NCBI GenBank assembly: GCA_951406725.2
Contig: OX597817.1
Span: 55,676,001 to 55,740,000, forward strand
DNA length: 64,000 nucleotides
Direction: 5' to 3'
Source: Octopus vulgaris
Lineage: Eukaryota
The notes below the pieces were generated by a model, which was not told the DNA's origin, did not search any database, and saw only the letters and a list, made by a program, of their open reading frames with translations. Positions 1 to 16,855 of this stretch are shown in pieces. The translations under genes were made by a program, and so were the position numbers. Each line of letters starts with the position of its first letter. The stretch's first letter is position 1.

Positions 1-1247
1 AACTGCAGGTGCGCGGTGGGTGAGGGCTACGGTTTCACGATGAAGAATCATTGATTGTCCCTGATTTTCACTTGGGCCGGTCTCGTGCTGCTCATCGTGA
101 AGGAGAATGTGTACAAGAAAACACTTAAAAAATAAACATGACTTTTGTAGCTCTGGCCGTATTCTACAATCTACTATAACTTTTATTAATGGAATCTGGT
201 GACAAATTGTTCAGCAGCCTTTCTCCGTTTTCGATAATGTAATTGTGACCCTGTTGGAATCTCGAAGAAAAAAATTAAGGATAAAAGATAGAAGAATAAG
301 AGAACATCACCGAAATCAGAATGGAATCTCCCTTAAAATCACTGCAACGAAGCCGTCGTGTTCTGTGTTCGACTCCATTGTAAATCTGCAGTCGATATGA
401 ACTGGTCGATTTGTGAATCTCCATTCGTGAAATTCAAATAACGATGACAATGAGAATTCAGTGAAGTCCTACGGACTCTGTCACAATTATTGAAGAAAAT
501 CTAAATGGGTGGTTGTGCTATGTGATCAGTGATGTCAACAGTGGTCCCTCTCTCTCTCTTTCTCTTACCTTTTCCCTCCTTCTCTCTCTCTTTCTCTTTC
601 TCTCTCTTACTCTCTGTTGCAGTGGAGTTCGTGCCGGCGCAGGTAAATTTACTAATGTTTGAAATTATAATAGAATGCATACCAGGATGTATTCTAAAAG
701 CAATTTTCCTTGATTGGTTACGTAATCTCACTTGAATGCAGATTTAGAACTCATTATATTACATAGAAAGAAAGTCACTATATTATTTATATTAAATACG
801 CCAAAGTAATTTCAGTCTCCAAATCTCCATCTTTTTATTGAGAGCTTCTACTTCATTGATCTGCAAGAAATAGCAGCCAAGTCTCCCTTAAGAAAAACAC
901 TATCAGCTTTAAAAAATTTGAATGCTAAACTGATGGTCGCGGTTGGAACATTTTGAATCACAGATCTACCGCTTTAAGGTGGATCTGAATCTGAACAAAA
1001 AGAAAGAATCGGGAGGAGATAAGGAAGTTGAGATGAGAAAGAAAATGAACAACGATGACAACAACAACAACAAAAACAACAACACCATCAGCAGCTGTAA
1101 CAAGAAGTATTATTTCAAGAGGTTATTTATAATATTTCTCTCTGTATAGACATATATGAATTCATATCACAGATTTCACCAGGAAATTTTAAAATGTCAT
1201 TATGTGCACATCACCCTTCTACCTTCCTCTCTCATTCTCACCGAATA

Positions 1248-3658
<2,411 letters not shown>

Positions 3659-3698
<40 letters not shown>

Positions 3699-3705
3699 TA
3701 GAGAG

Positions 3706-3803
<98 letters not shown>

Positions 3804-3820
3804 AGATATAGATATAGATA
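3659..3820. repeat. (TA)n + (GATA)n microsatellite
   Basis: Direct inspection. Confidence 0.95.
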
Positions 3821-4370
3821 TATACGTATATCCGTGTAAACCTTGGTGCGCGTGTTTGAAATAGCATTGAATTACAATCTCTAACTTATGTATCATACGA
3901 AATGTGTACACACTGTACCGTAAGAAGGCCTGATGCTGTGGAATTGTTTGAGATAAAATATCTCCCTAAGTGTACAAAAGTCTGAAAGGGCCATTCTTGT
4001 TGCAATTACTTGCAATAACGACAAACGTCTATCGCTATTTGTGAAGCTTGTTGATACCTATGAGCAGGTGACAACCAGGACCAAATTATATTATTTAGCC
4101 CACGGGCATATGGCGTAGTGGTTAACCCCAAGATTCCGAGCACGATTCCAGGCAGGGACCTGAATGCCAAATTATATTATTCGGTTTTAGCTTTGATGTT
4201 AATTTGTTTATAGTGTTTACATTTTCACCTATTTCCTTTTCTGATTTCCTAGAATATCGTTTACGTCTTATTTGAGAAAAGCCTAAATACGAAGCGTTAG
4301 ATTTATTTATGTTCCTATCATAGGACTATATATACAAAAGAAAACGTTTAAAGTCTTTACCCTGCTTCCA

Positions 4371-4412
<42 letters not shown>

Positions 4413-5107
4413 ATCTCTCTCTCTCTTTGTTCATCTCTCTCTGTCTCTCTATCTCTCTCTCTTTATATATCTGTCTGTTTGTTTATTAGTTATGTTATTT
4501 ATATCTAAAGCTGATGGTGTAAATAAAATAAGATATTGTTTTAAGAAATGGTACAATAGGAACTGAATTAGATTTTTTTCGAAAACGATGCTTTAGAAAA
4601 GATGGTTTTCTATTATGTCTATGATTGTTATTAAATGCAATTGCAATGTCTGCATATTCGACAGCTACTTTTAGCAGGTTTATGAACGATGTGCACGAAA
4701 ATGTTCACTTAGGATCTCTGATGTGAGCAATGTTTTGGAATGAAAAGCGACTAAAACTTAAAATTATTAATTGAATTTAATAGGTAAATATCGATCCTAA
4801 TTAATACTGTACTTCGTGCATACAAAATATGTAGTAATTATATCCGTACTTGTATGTCATACACCGAAACGTAAGCCATAAATATAATTAAGGGATTATT
4901 TTGTTCTAAATCGCTGCGAAATTTCCTTATGTGTATAATGCGATTAAATTTGAAGGGAGAAGATAAGTATAAGAAAATCCTAAGAAACCAACATCTGCTT
5001 TTAACGAGAGTTGATTTCTCTATACGTAAAAAGCTAGCAGAAATCGCCTATAGTTGTGCTTTCGCGTTGAGAGAAAAATCGGACCTCTACACTCACTCCA
5101 AATTATT

Positions 5108-5145
<38 letters not shown>

Positions 5146-5212
5146 ATTATATATACACATATATATACATATATACATATATACATATACATACATACAC
5201 ATATACATATCC

Positions 5213-5330
<118 letters not shown>

Positions 5331-6237
5331 GTATAAGCCTGTATATACATCATCATGATTTAATATATGCATATAATTGTAGAATGGAAACTACCGGCAA
5401 TATTTTGGGTTTAGGAAATCGGTGAATTTCTGTGATCTAATAAAGAATAATATTTGTTATTCTTCAGAAAAAAAGAATCTGTATCCGTTCTGCTATAAAC
5501 GTCTCAAATTGAAGCGATATATGTACATAGAATACGAAACTAGGACTAATTTACCATTGACGATGTTTTCCTTCCCATTCACCCTCATGGGACATAAGAA
5601 ACTCTATAAGCTAAGGGTGACACATGAATTTTGTCTTGTCCAATTGTAATTCTTTACAAACAGAGTGTTTTCTCATTCGATATATAATATAGAATCCTCT
5701 ATTTTAACTGTTAATTTACACGGAAAATGTTATTTTCGATCTGCTGCCTCTTGTAATAAAGGTATATTTATGTTGTTTATATCACGTCTTAAACCTTAGA
5801 ATTTATATATATACAGTTTTTTTTTATATTTGAATCACCGTTCATTCGTATCTATACATGATACTGGATGGAACTAGCTAAATAATAACGTCGCTATTGA
5901 GTAACACTACCTTACGACAACGGATGTGTGTGTGTATGGAGAAATGAAAAGATGATGACGGTGTAATGTGTCGTAATGTAGAATATATTTATTCCAGAAA
6001 TTACATATGTGGAATCAATTATAAGTCAGCATTGAGCTCATAGCAAACACGTATTCCTTTTATATCACCCGTAATTCCATTTAGCCATTTCATTTATTCA
6101 GTTCCTACCACATCTTTAATTCCAATGCCTCTTACACGTTTTTTTTTTCGTATATGAACAGTTCTTCAATTCCAGTCCACATACAAACACACACATACAC
6201 CCATATAATATATACTTTAATATAATATAATATATTA

Positions 6238-6319
<82 letters not shown>

Positions 6320-7283
6320 CACGCACACACAATGTACTAACGCATACAATTTATGAAAGGAAATGTGGACGGTTTTCTAACGCAGCTTTGGTCGCGTGTT
6401 TTCTTTATTTTTCATAGGAAGTAGGCACAAATAAAATACGTTATATTCCAACTATTAAACCCATTCTTCAACATTAAATATTTTATAGATGGCGGCTTTA
6501 TTCATAATTCTCCGTACAGGAGGAGATGCGGACATCTTTCAGCTTGCTGGTAACACACATCGTCAACAACAGCAAAATTCTTCTCTATATCATCTCAAAT
6601 ATTTCCTACTTATTCAGACATCCATAACATTATTTCAAATTATTTCGCTCTAACGTTTCCCAATTTATTGTAAATATTGTATATATAAATATCTGTCTAC
6701 CTTTTCTGCTAATTGCCTCTATAAACTTTTTTTTTTCTATTTTGATATATTACTTAACACTATCGCACTCGTATCAACCCAGGAGGCTGTCCTTGAATAC
6801 AGTTCTAGATGCTTGTTTTGTGTAATATATTTCGTTTCCTTCAGTTAGTACTCATTATCAACAACATTCAGAAACTTTTATTGTCACATTCGCTGTAAGG
6901 GTTATTTTTATTCATTCTTCTTTTCGTCGAATTCTTACTAAAGGCATATGGCATTTAATTGATTTCTTTTTTTACTTCATTCAAAGTTTTTATAAATAAA
7001 TGTTCAGTCAGTAACATTCTCATAGCAAATCACATATGTGTCTATCTATTTATCTATGTGCCCATGTCTCTGTTCATGGCTGTATGTACACGTAAACCTG
7101 TGTATGTGTTTCTGTGTGAGGTGAGAAGAAATGCGTGATATCGTCTGTTGAAGATGATGTATTTCAATGCGGGTAGGCAAATATCTCTATGGTGTATATG
7201 TTATGCATCTATGCCGAAGTCTATCCACCTATTCAGCGATCTATTTATCTCTCTATCTATCACTCTCTCTCTCTTTGTCTCTG

Positions 7284-7337
<54 letters not shown>

Positions 7338-7339
7338 TG

Positions 7340-7370
<31 letters not shown>

Positions 7371-8802
7371 GTATATACATACACATACACACACACATAT
7401 ATATATATATATAGTGCGTATGTGTATATACCTACATATGTGTGTGCCTGTGTATGTGTGTGTGTATGTACGTAACTTTATAATGGAAATTTCAAGATTA
7501 TCTCCCTCATTATAAATATATATAATACACACGCATCTGTTGGGGTTACAAACAAATTTAATAATTCAAAGATTGAATCAGGAAGTAGATACCACGGTGG
7601 GTTACAGTTCGTTAAATCATGGAGATAAGACCCGAATTAAACGGTACCATGCTGACCGCGATTTTTTCAAAGAATAGTAAAAATTTACGCTTCTCCCCTT
7701 TATTCTGGACATAAAACATATTTCTGTGCGACATCCTCCTTTCCACAGTATCGGATAAACCAAAAACCCGACATGAGGTGCGGACGAGAGCAACGGATTC
7801 AAACTCCGTTATACACCAAATGAGCCAACAGGTAGGAGAAAGGCACATATATTTGAGTGTTGATGCGAAACACCCCAGACTGAGGAAATCAAAAAGGCCA
7901 CGGTGATGCTCCAGCATGGCCGCAATCAAATGATCGAAACAAGTTAAAGTATATGCATATAAACGGCGGGATTCTTTCAATGTCCATGTAACAAATCCAA
8001 CGTTGCGGGAAACGTTAGTACGTTGGACAAAATGCTTTGCGAAGTTTCTTTTGGCTCTTTTTGGCTCATATACTTAACGACGTTTGACTCATATATTTGA
8101 GTCTGGAGAGAGTCAATCTGTTTAATGGCTTATTAATTAACACACTCACTGGTTCGATTTCCACTCATTTACTTATATATTTTCATTAAAATTCTCGTTG
8201 TTTCTTGCAACCTGTTCAATAATCGTTGTCTCTGACCGTTATCGAAGCTGCTTTTTTTTTGTTTGTTCGTGCGCATATACACACACACGCACATACACAA
8301 AGATGCATGTATGTATATATATGTATATATGTAGGTGTTCTAACATCCTAATCATATTCAGTGATAATTATAGTTTTCCTTTTTGGTAAAGCGTTGCAGT
8401 CGGCTGTCTATATGAATTTTTATTCACACTCAAAAAAACACACACATGCACACACAAATAAATATTGATATTGAGAAAATTTAAAATGTGGTATTGGTAA
8501 GCCAAGAGAAATTTGAGTATGGCTGACATATAACAAACATAGAGTCCTTAAAACAAACAAATAAAGGATAGCAATGCATACATGATAAAACATATGAATA
8601 TGTAAAGTATTAAGACGTATACGAATGTAGAGAACTGGGACAAACATAAATATAACAGTACGGATCATAATAAGCATAATACAAATATGCATTACTAAGA
8701 TGGAGACATATTTAATTGCCACACATATACAGAGAGAGTCGGAGAGAAATATAAATGAAGAGGACCGATATGCATACATACATACATACATACATACATA
8801 CA

Positions 8803-8889
<87 letters not shown>

Positions 8890-9872
8890 ATGTATATATA
8901 TGTAACTAAATATTGATGTACGATGTATACAGAGGAATGTAGATAGATATGTGGAACACTGAAACGTAGGTCGGTAAATATGAGGGAAAAAATCAATGGA
9001 ATTGAGGCGGTGTGGTATGTACTTTGTAAAGTAATACGCATGTTTGCTTATTATACTTATGTAAATCATAAACACACTCTGTCTGTCTCTCCCTCTCTCT
9101 CTCTCTCTACATATATATATATATATATATATTTATAGAGATAGAGAGAGAGACATTATATAGATTCAAATATATATATAGATATATATATACGTATTAT
9201 ATATATGGATATACATACACGCATATATATATACATATATACATATAAGCATGTATATATATAAATACGTATATAAATTCACACATATATCCACACACGG
9301 ACACGCACACACACGCTCACGCACACACACACATATATATATATGCACGTTTGTACACACGTATGTACATATATTTACGCACACAAAGAGACGCGCAACA
9401 CGAACATACATACATTTCACACAGCCACACGTGTATGAGTGGGATATATATATTGTTAAAACAGGCATTTTAATGCATTCTGTTGTGCATGCATATCAGA
9501 ACATGAATGCATATCTACGCCCACGTATACACTGATGCATTTTCCCACCACAGACGTATACACGATAACACTGACATGCGCACATATACAGACGTCTATA
9601 CAGATACACGCGCACGGAATCATACATAGACGTACAGGAAGCTTGTGGATAAGAACCACAAACCGGACCATCATTGTATCAAATCTGACGTCAATTTAAC
9701 AAAGAGAAAAAACCCCCACTAATTTGAGCATAAAACGAAAAGGAAACTTTTAAACACCCACATATACCCACCCACCCGTAGAGATACACAAACGCACACG
9801 CATATACACAGAATACATATACATACACACACACACATATATATATACGTACTTATACATATTTATAAATAT

Positions 9873-9960
<88 letters not shown>

Positions 9961-10044
9961 GTGTATGTGTATATATATAGATAGATGTAGATATGTATAT
10001 ATATATATATAAAGTTAATATATATGTATATATATAAAGTTATG

Positions 10045-10076
<32 letters not shown>

Positions 10077-10298
10077 CACTTATATATATGTACATTATAT
10101 ATATACATATATATATATACATGTACATATATACATGTATACATATTCATATACATACACATATGGGTATATATATATATATGTATATGTGTATGTATGC
10201 ATTTTGCATGTGTGTGTGTTTGCGTGTGTGTGTGTTTATGTATGCATGTGTATATGTTTTTATATATACATACACACACACACACTCACATATATATA

Positions 10299-10379
<81 letters not shown>

Positions 10380-11173
10380 TCGGGAGCCGTTGCTCACAAA
10401 GCGAACAGCAGATGAGCACAATAGCTGCCGAAACACGAACGGTGCACATAACTGCAATAGCTGCACATAAACATAAAAGGCGAAATTAGCGCATAAACAT
10501 AAAATCTATTTAAATACGACAATTACTATTGAACCCTCTCACTAGATGCAAACAAAATGGCTTCTCAGCAGCCCATTTGCCCGGAACCCCCCTCTCGGCT
10601 CCATCGACGCACTCACTCTCCACCTACGTACCTACGTACTTACATCCGTGCGTGCCGGCGTGAATGCGTATATCGGTATATGTAATGGCGAGGGTGTTTG
10701 TATAACGAACATGTACACAGATATATGTGTGTGTGTGTGTTTGTAAATAGGCGTTTAGATAAATGGGGTTGCATTGAAGGATACTATATGACGATGACAT
10801 AAATAGTTATATACCTGGTTTTTCATTTTTTTTATGCGAGTATGTGCAACATAACTATGCAAATCTTCATTCTTGTGATGCAGCATACATTTATACATAC
10901 ACACACAAACACCCATGCATTTGCGCATGCATTCATATATGTATATATATATAAATATACACACACACACGTACATATATATACATATATATATATACAA
11001 ACACACACACACATGTATTTGTGTATGTATATATGTTTATATATATGTATGCCTATACATGCATTTAAATATGTATATATACATATAGACACTCGCTAAC
11101 GCATGCACACATATATGCTTATATGTATGTTTGCATGTGTTGTGTATAGATATGCATTTATGTCTCAATGACA

Positions 11174-11212
<39 letters not shown>

Positions 11213-11305
11213 CGATTTTTGTGGGAGAGTGCACACACGCACTTACACAAACACACACACATATACACATACACACACGCAAACATATATATATATATAA
11301 ATATA

Positions 11306-11935
11306 GAGGGCGCCCCTCAAAATATGTATACAGATTTTAACACCTAATAACTCAATTTTCATTTCTTTTTAGATTTAACCCATTGGAAATAATGAAGGAA
11401 GCCAGAGTAAATTTCGGTTGGAACAAAGGAAATTTGTTCTAAAGTGGTTCTGGAAGTGTCAAAACATGGCGAAAGAACAAAGACGAATTTAGGGACGTGT
11501 TTTTAACAGATCCACCTACATCAGTAACAATCCTTCGTATTAGAGATATTTTTTAAGCTGGTGGAAACGTTGATAATGTCCACAAGAAAAGTTCCGGGTG
11601 ATGGCGGATATCGATGAGCTCTGACAAGCAAGAAAGCGCACTAGAAACGAATTGCCTGAGTTCAAACGTAATTCGTGTCACGCAAATCGTGTAACACGAA
11701 TTTCAAAATCACGCGTCAATCGCATTTTGAAGCATTTTCAATGAAAATGCTACATTCAAAGAAACAGGCATGCTTTTAATGAACATGATTCGGACCGAAG
11801 TGTAATGTTTTGCGGGTTGTACGAAGCTAACTGCATAAAGGATGCACACTTTCCCATCAAAAGGTAGTTTGAAATAATGAAGCTATATTTAAATTAAACG
11901 GCTCAATTAAAAATCACGATTGCTTCTGCGGGGTG
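11306..11935 (+). mobile_element. Degenerate Tc1/mariner-superfamily transposon (5' end plus transposase N-terminal half)
   Basis: Manual translation across stops and frameshifts gives LEQRKFVLKWFWKCQNMA...TDPPTSVTILRIRD...VHKKSSG*...NEAIFKLNGSIKNHDC, matching the HTH region and the SDEATFxLNGxxNxHN first-aspartate motif of maT/rosa-like transposases. Starts after TA with a TIR-like GAGGGCGCCCCTCAAAA. The match ends just before the SINE at ~11990. Confidence 0.75.
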
Positions 11936-11987
11936 GATGCCTGACCAGTATATTACAAGTGGCCTGTAGATGTCTTCAGGTATAAAA

Positions 11988-12172
11988 TATTTCGTCCACC
12001 GCTGCGTTCTGAGTTCAAATTCCGCCGAGGTCGACTTTACCTTTTATCCTTTCGGGGTCGATAAATTAAGTACCAGTGACGCACTGGGGTCGATGTAATT
12101 GACTTAATCCGTTTGTCCGTACTTGTTTGTCCCCTCTGTGTTTAGCCCCTTGAGGGCAATAAAGAAATAGGT
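11988..12172 (+). mobile_element. tRNA-derived SINE family 1, 5'-truncated
   Basis: B-box GAGTTCAAATTCC, central CCTTTCGGGGTCGATAAATTAAGTACCAG, tail ...AAAGAAATAG; TSD AGGTATAAAATATTT. Confidence 0.9.
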
Positions 12173-12519
12173 ATAAAATATTTAATGGGTTCGGGAGGCG
12201 GAAATAGAAAAAGGATGCAGGTTTTCCAGGGATGTCGTCAGGAAGATGGAAGAAATCTACTAAGACATAGGTGCGTAATTGGATAAAAATGGTCATAGAA
12301 TGCTACAAGGGAAGATCAGTGTGTGGCGTCTGGGATATTCCAGAAAATAGCAATCAACTAGAAGCAAAAGAAGAAAATTCCTGTGAAGAAATAAATATGG
12401 AAAAAGTAACAGTGAGAATAGAGCACCAGGGTTATTGCTTTCCTTAGATCTGAAGAACTGAAGATCTGAAGACGAGGGTTTCTTTGGTTCTACCGAAGAT
12501 AGATTTATTCTGTATATTA

Positions 12520-12730
12520 AGGCGGTGAGCTGTTGGAACCATAAACACGCTGGGAAAACTTCATGGTGATATTTTTGTCTGTCTTTACGTTCTGAGTTCA
12601 AATTCCACCGAAGTCGACTTTGTCTTTCATCTTTCCGGTTTCGATACACTAAGTACCAGTTTTCACGTTAAGATCGATATAATAGACTTAACCCCATCAC
12701 CCGAAATTGCTGGCCAGTATTTGAAACCAA
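12520..12730 (+). mobile_element. SINE family 1, older copy with an alternative tail
   Basis: AAGGCGGTGAGCTG head, B-box, central domain, tail CCCGAAATTGCTGGCC. Confidence 0.8.
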
Positions 12731-12901
12731 TTTACAAGTGACTTATACATATTATATCATATAACCACAATTTGATTTGGTCACAACATGTAAATTGTAC
12801 GTGTGAATTTTCATGGTATTACATTGCTTTTAAATACTTTCAACCTTATACCATAAAAATAAATTATTTAAACATCCATAATTCTTCATCCATTCTCTTA
12901 C

Positions 12902-12937
<36 letters not shown>

Positions 12938-13109
12938 GGCGACCGGGTGCGTATCGTTGGCGATTTTTTCCCTCCATCTCCCCTTCCTTGGATCTTTACT
13001 TTTTCTATGTTTCTGACGAATAGCTCCGCTCAAAACGTTAAAACCTCCTTCTTTCTTTACTTTCCTAAGCGTCCAATAACACTATACTTGTTCCACGTCC
13101 TCGTGTTGT

Positions 13110-13421
<312 letters not shown>

Positions 13422-14156
13422 CATATATATGTATATATATATTTATATTTATATTATATATATACATGCATGTGTTTGCGTGTATTTCTGTGAGTTGGAA
13501 TAAAAGACGAAATGTTTATTGGTAGTATCTTCTAAGTAAATAATACAACTGTAACATATAAGTACACACACGCATACACACAACGCATGCGTGGAGGGCA
13601 ACCAAATAAACGCCAATAAAGATATGAAATAAACGTTTAGTATCCATTCTTTTCAAAACTTCCGCACCATAAGCAGAGACAAACGCAAGTGCACACACGC
13701 ACACACACACACACACACACGCACACACACACACACACAAACACATACACATACACGTATTGACGCGCACAGATGGATGTACATGCGCATGCTCTCTCTG
13801 ATGCACTGATAGAATGAACCATACCACAGAAACGCGCGTCTGCACACTCACACACTCGGTTCTTGAGACAAATAGACTTGAAGATGATGTGGAGTGGGGG
13901 CGGCATATGATTGATGAGGACGCGATTGGTGAAGAAAGGACTTTGTCAAACATAAATGATGATTGATTAACTGAATGATGAATGAAATCGTCGAATACTG
14001 ATCTGGTTAAATAGTTATCCGGTTGGTGAATAATAAGGAAGTGAAAAAGAACCAGACCTTGATTTAATTACTGGCATAATGACCCTCCCGAGATACAACA
14101 AAATCTCCTTCAACAGAATCGTTTCACTCAAGGATTTGGCAAATCAAATACAAAAA

Positions 14157-14345
<189 letters not shown>

Positions 14346-14536
14346 TAATTTTGTCTATCTATCTATCTGTCTATTCATCTATCTTTATATCTATCTGTTT
14401 GTCTGCCTGTCTGCCTTTTTATCTATCTATCTATATATATATATCGAGGCTGTCTGTCTGCCAGTCTATCTATCTATGTTTCTATATGTGTGTGTTGTCT
14501 ATCTCTCTCTCTATCCATCTTCTACATATTTATTAC

Positions 14537-14573
<37 letters not shown>

Positions 14574-14971
14574 TCATTAAAAATGATATTACTAACCACC
14601 AAGAATAAAACACCATAAAAGGTAGAAATATAAATATACAAATCGGATGTACTCAAAGTAAGATTATTGCTAGAAATTGCAGCCGGTTAGCTATCGGTGC
14701 TATGTAGGTAGATAGATGTCGAGCGTGTATGGTTTTGAGTGTCGCTGTATATCTGCATCTGTGTATTTATGTATATATATATGTGTGTATGTATGTATGT
14801 ATGTATGTATGTATGTATGTATGTATGTATGTATGTATGTATGTATGTATGTATTATGTATGTATGTATGTATGTATGTATGTATTTAAAGTGCATTCTA
14901 ACAGACCCAGTGAGTGGGGGTTAGTTGGTGTATATAAACGAAATTTGAATCTGACGGTTCTATAATTATTG

Positions 14972-15361
14972 TATTCTAGGACCGAAAGTTTTGGGGAGGA
15001 GGCCAGTCGATTAGATCAATTCCAATACACAACTGGTACTTAATCTCCTGACCCCGAAAGGATGAAAGGCAAAGTCGACCTCGATGGAATTTGAACTCAT
15101 AACGTAATGACAGACAAAATACCTATTTCTATTTCTTTACTACCCACAAGGGGCTAAACACAGAGGGAACAAACAAGGACAGACACACGGATTAAGTCGA
15201 TTACATCGACTCCAGTGCGTAACTGGTACTTAATTTATCGACCCCGACGGGTGAAAGGCAAAGTCGACCTCGGCGGAATTTGAACTCAGAACGTAACGGC
15301 AGACGAAATACCGCAAAGCATTTCGCCCGGCGTGCTAACGTTTCTGCCAGCTCGCTGCCTT
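14972..15361 (-). mobile_element. SINE family 1 dimer (full copy plus headless copy with a different tail)
   Basis: Two central domains in tandem; imperfect 20-bp TSD TGACGGTTCTATAATTATTG / TGACGATTGTATAGTTATTG around the pair. Confidence 0.9.
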
Positions 15362-15769
15362 GACGATTGTATAGTTATTGCCATGTCAGAGATTGAAAAT
15401 TGAATATCGTTCCACCTTCTGGATTAAGTGGCGTTAGTGTTAGGAATTAGGGATTTAGTGTGAGGGATTAGGGTTGTTATTAAGGATTAGGGTTTTCGGT
15501 TGAGGAGTGGCATACTGGTGGTAAATGCGAGTCAATAGACGTTGTTCTTCATGTCGTTGATGCTTGTGCTGCGTTGTTGTCATTCTTAGGATTTTAGAGA
15601 ATGTCGGTGCTTTTGCTTTTGCTATTGTCGTCGTTATTTATTGTATTGTTGTTCTTATTACTGTGGTTGCAGTCGTTTTCGCTGCTGCACCTAATACAGG
15701 TCTGTTGTAATTTATGTTGCTGATACTGTTGTTGAAGTTGTTACAAATGTTCTCCTCTTTCTCCATCGC

Positions 15770-16185
15770 CATCTGTTTCTTCTTCTTCTTTCTCTTCTTC
15801 TTCTTTCCTTCTCCTACTTCTACTTTTTCCTCTCCTCCCCCTTCTTATTCTTATTCTCCTTCTTCTTCCTTTTCTCCCTCTTTTTCTTCTACCTCTCGTT
15901 CCCCTTCTTCTCCCTCTTCTTCTTCTACTTCTCGCTCCTCTTCACCTTCTTCCTCCTCCGCCTCCTCTTCTTCCTCTTCTTCGACTTATACTTCTTCTTC
16001 TTCCTCTTCTTCATCTTCCCCTTCTTTTTCTATTTCTGCTTTTCTCCTTTTTCTTCTTTTCATCTCCTCCAGGTATGGCTCTTGATGCAAATGTTGCTGA
16101 TGATGATGAGGTTGATGATGACGACGACGACGACAACGATGACGATCATCATCATCATCATCATCATCATGACGACGACGATGAT
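15770..16185. repeat. Polypyrimidine (TTC/TCC) tract plus (GAT/GAC/CAT)n
   Basis: Direct inspection. Confidence 0.9.
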
Positions 16186-16457
16186 TTATTATTTTGATTT
16201 TTTGCCGACTAGCAGTTCTTACTGTAAATCGGGGTCTATTGCTTTTGGGTTGAGAAACCCGCATAAGATTTTGCTAAAATTTATCTCCAACGAATTGTTT
16301 ATAATTTTAGAATAATCAAAATATTTTAACAGTTCTTTTTTCATACATTTCCTACGTCATAGGTCTCCCTACTCCTTATGTTTAAGGTTCAAATACCGGC
16401 CAGACATTTTTGCTTTTCTTCGTTGCGTGATCGATAAATCAAATAACTACTAAATTA

Positions 16458-16855
16458 TTCTTTTCTACTTTAGGCACAAGGTACGAAATTTTTGTGGAGG
16501 TGGGGGGTGGCAGTTGATTAGATCGACTCCAGTATGCAACTGGTACTTAATTTATCAACACCGAAAGGATGAAAGGCATAGTCGACCTCGGTGGAATTTG
16601 AACTCAGAACAGATGAAATACCTATTTCTTTACTGCCCACAAGGGGCTAAACACAGAGAGGACAAACAAGGACAGACACACGGATTAAGTTGATTACATC
16701 TACCCCAGTGCGTAAATGGTACTTTATTTATCGACCCCAGAAGGATGAAAGACAAAGTCGACCTCGGCGGAATTTGAACTCAGAACGTAGCGGCAAACGA
16801 AATACTGCTAGGCATTTCGCCCGGCGTGCTAACGATTCTGCCAGCTCGCCGCCTT
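16458..16855 (-). mobile_element. SINE family 1 dimer
   Basis: Same architecture and junction as 14972-15361. Confidence 0.9.

Noticed and set aside
10378-10680. Repeat-free islands (also 13760-14150 and 48180-48850) as possible exons
   Set aside because: No convincing ORF or paired splice signals; they cannot be assigned without conservation or expression data.
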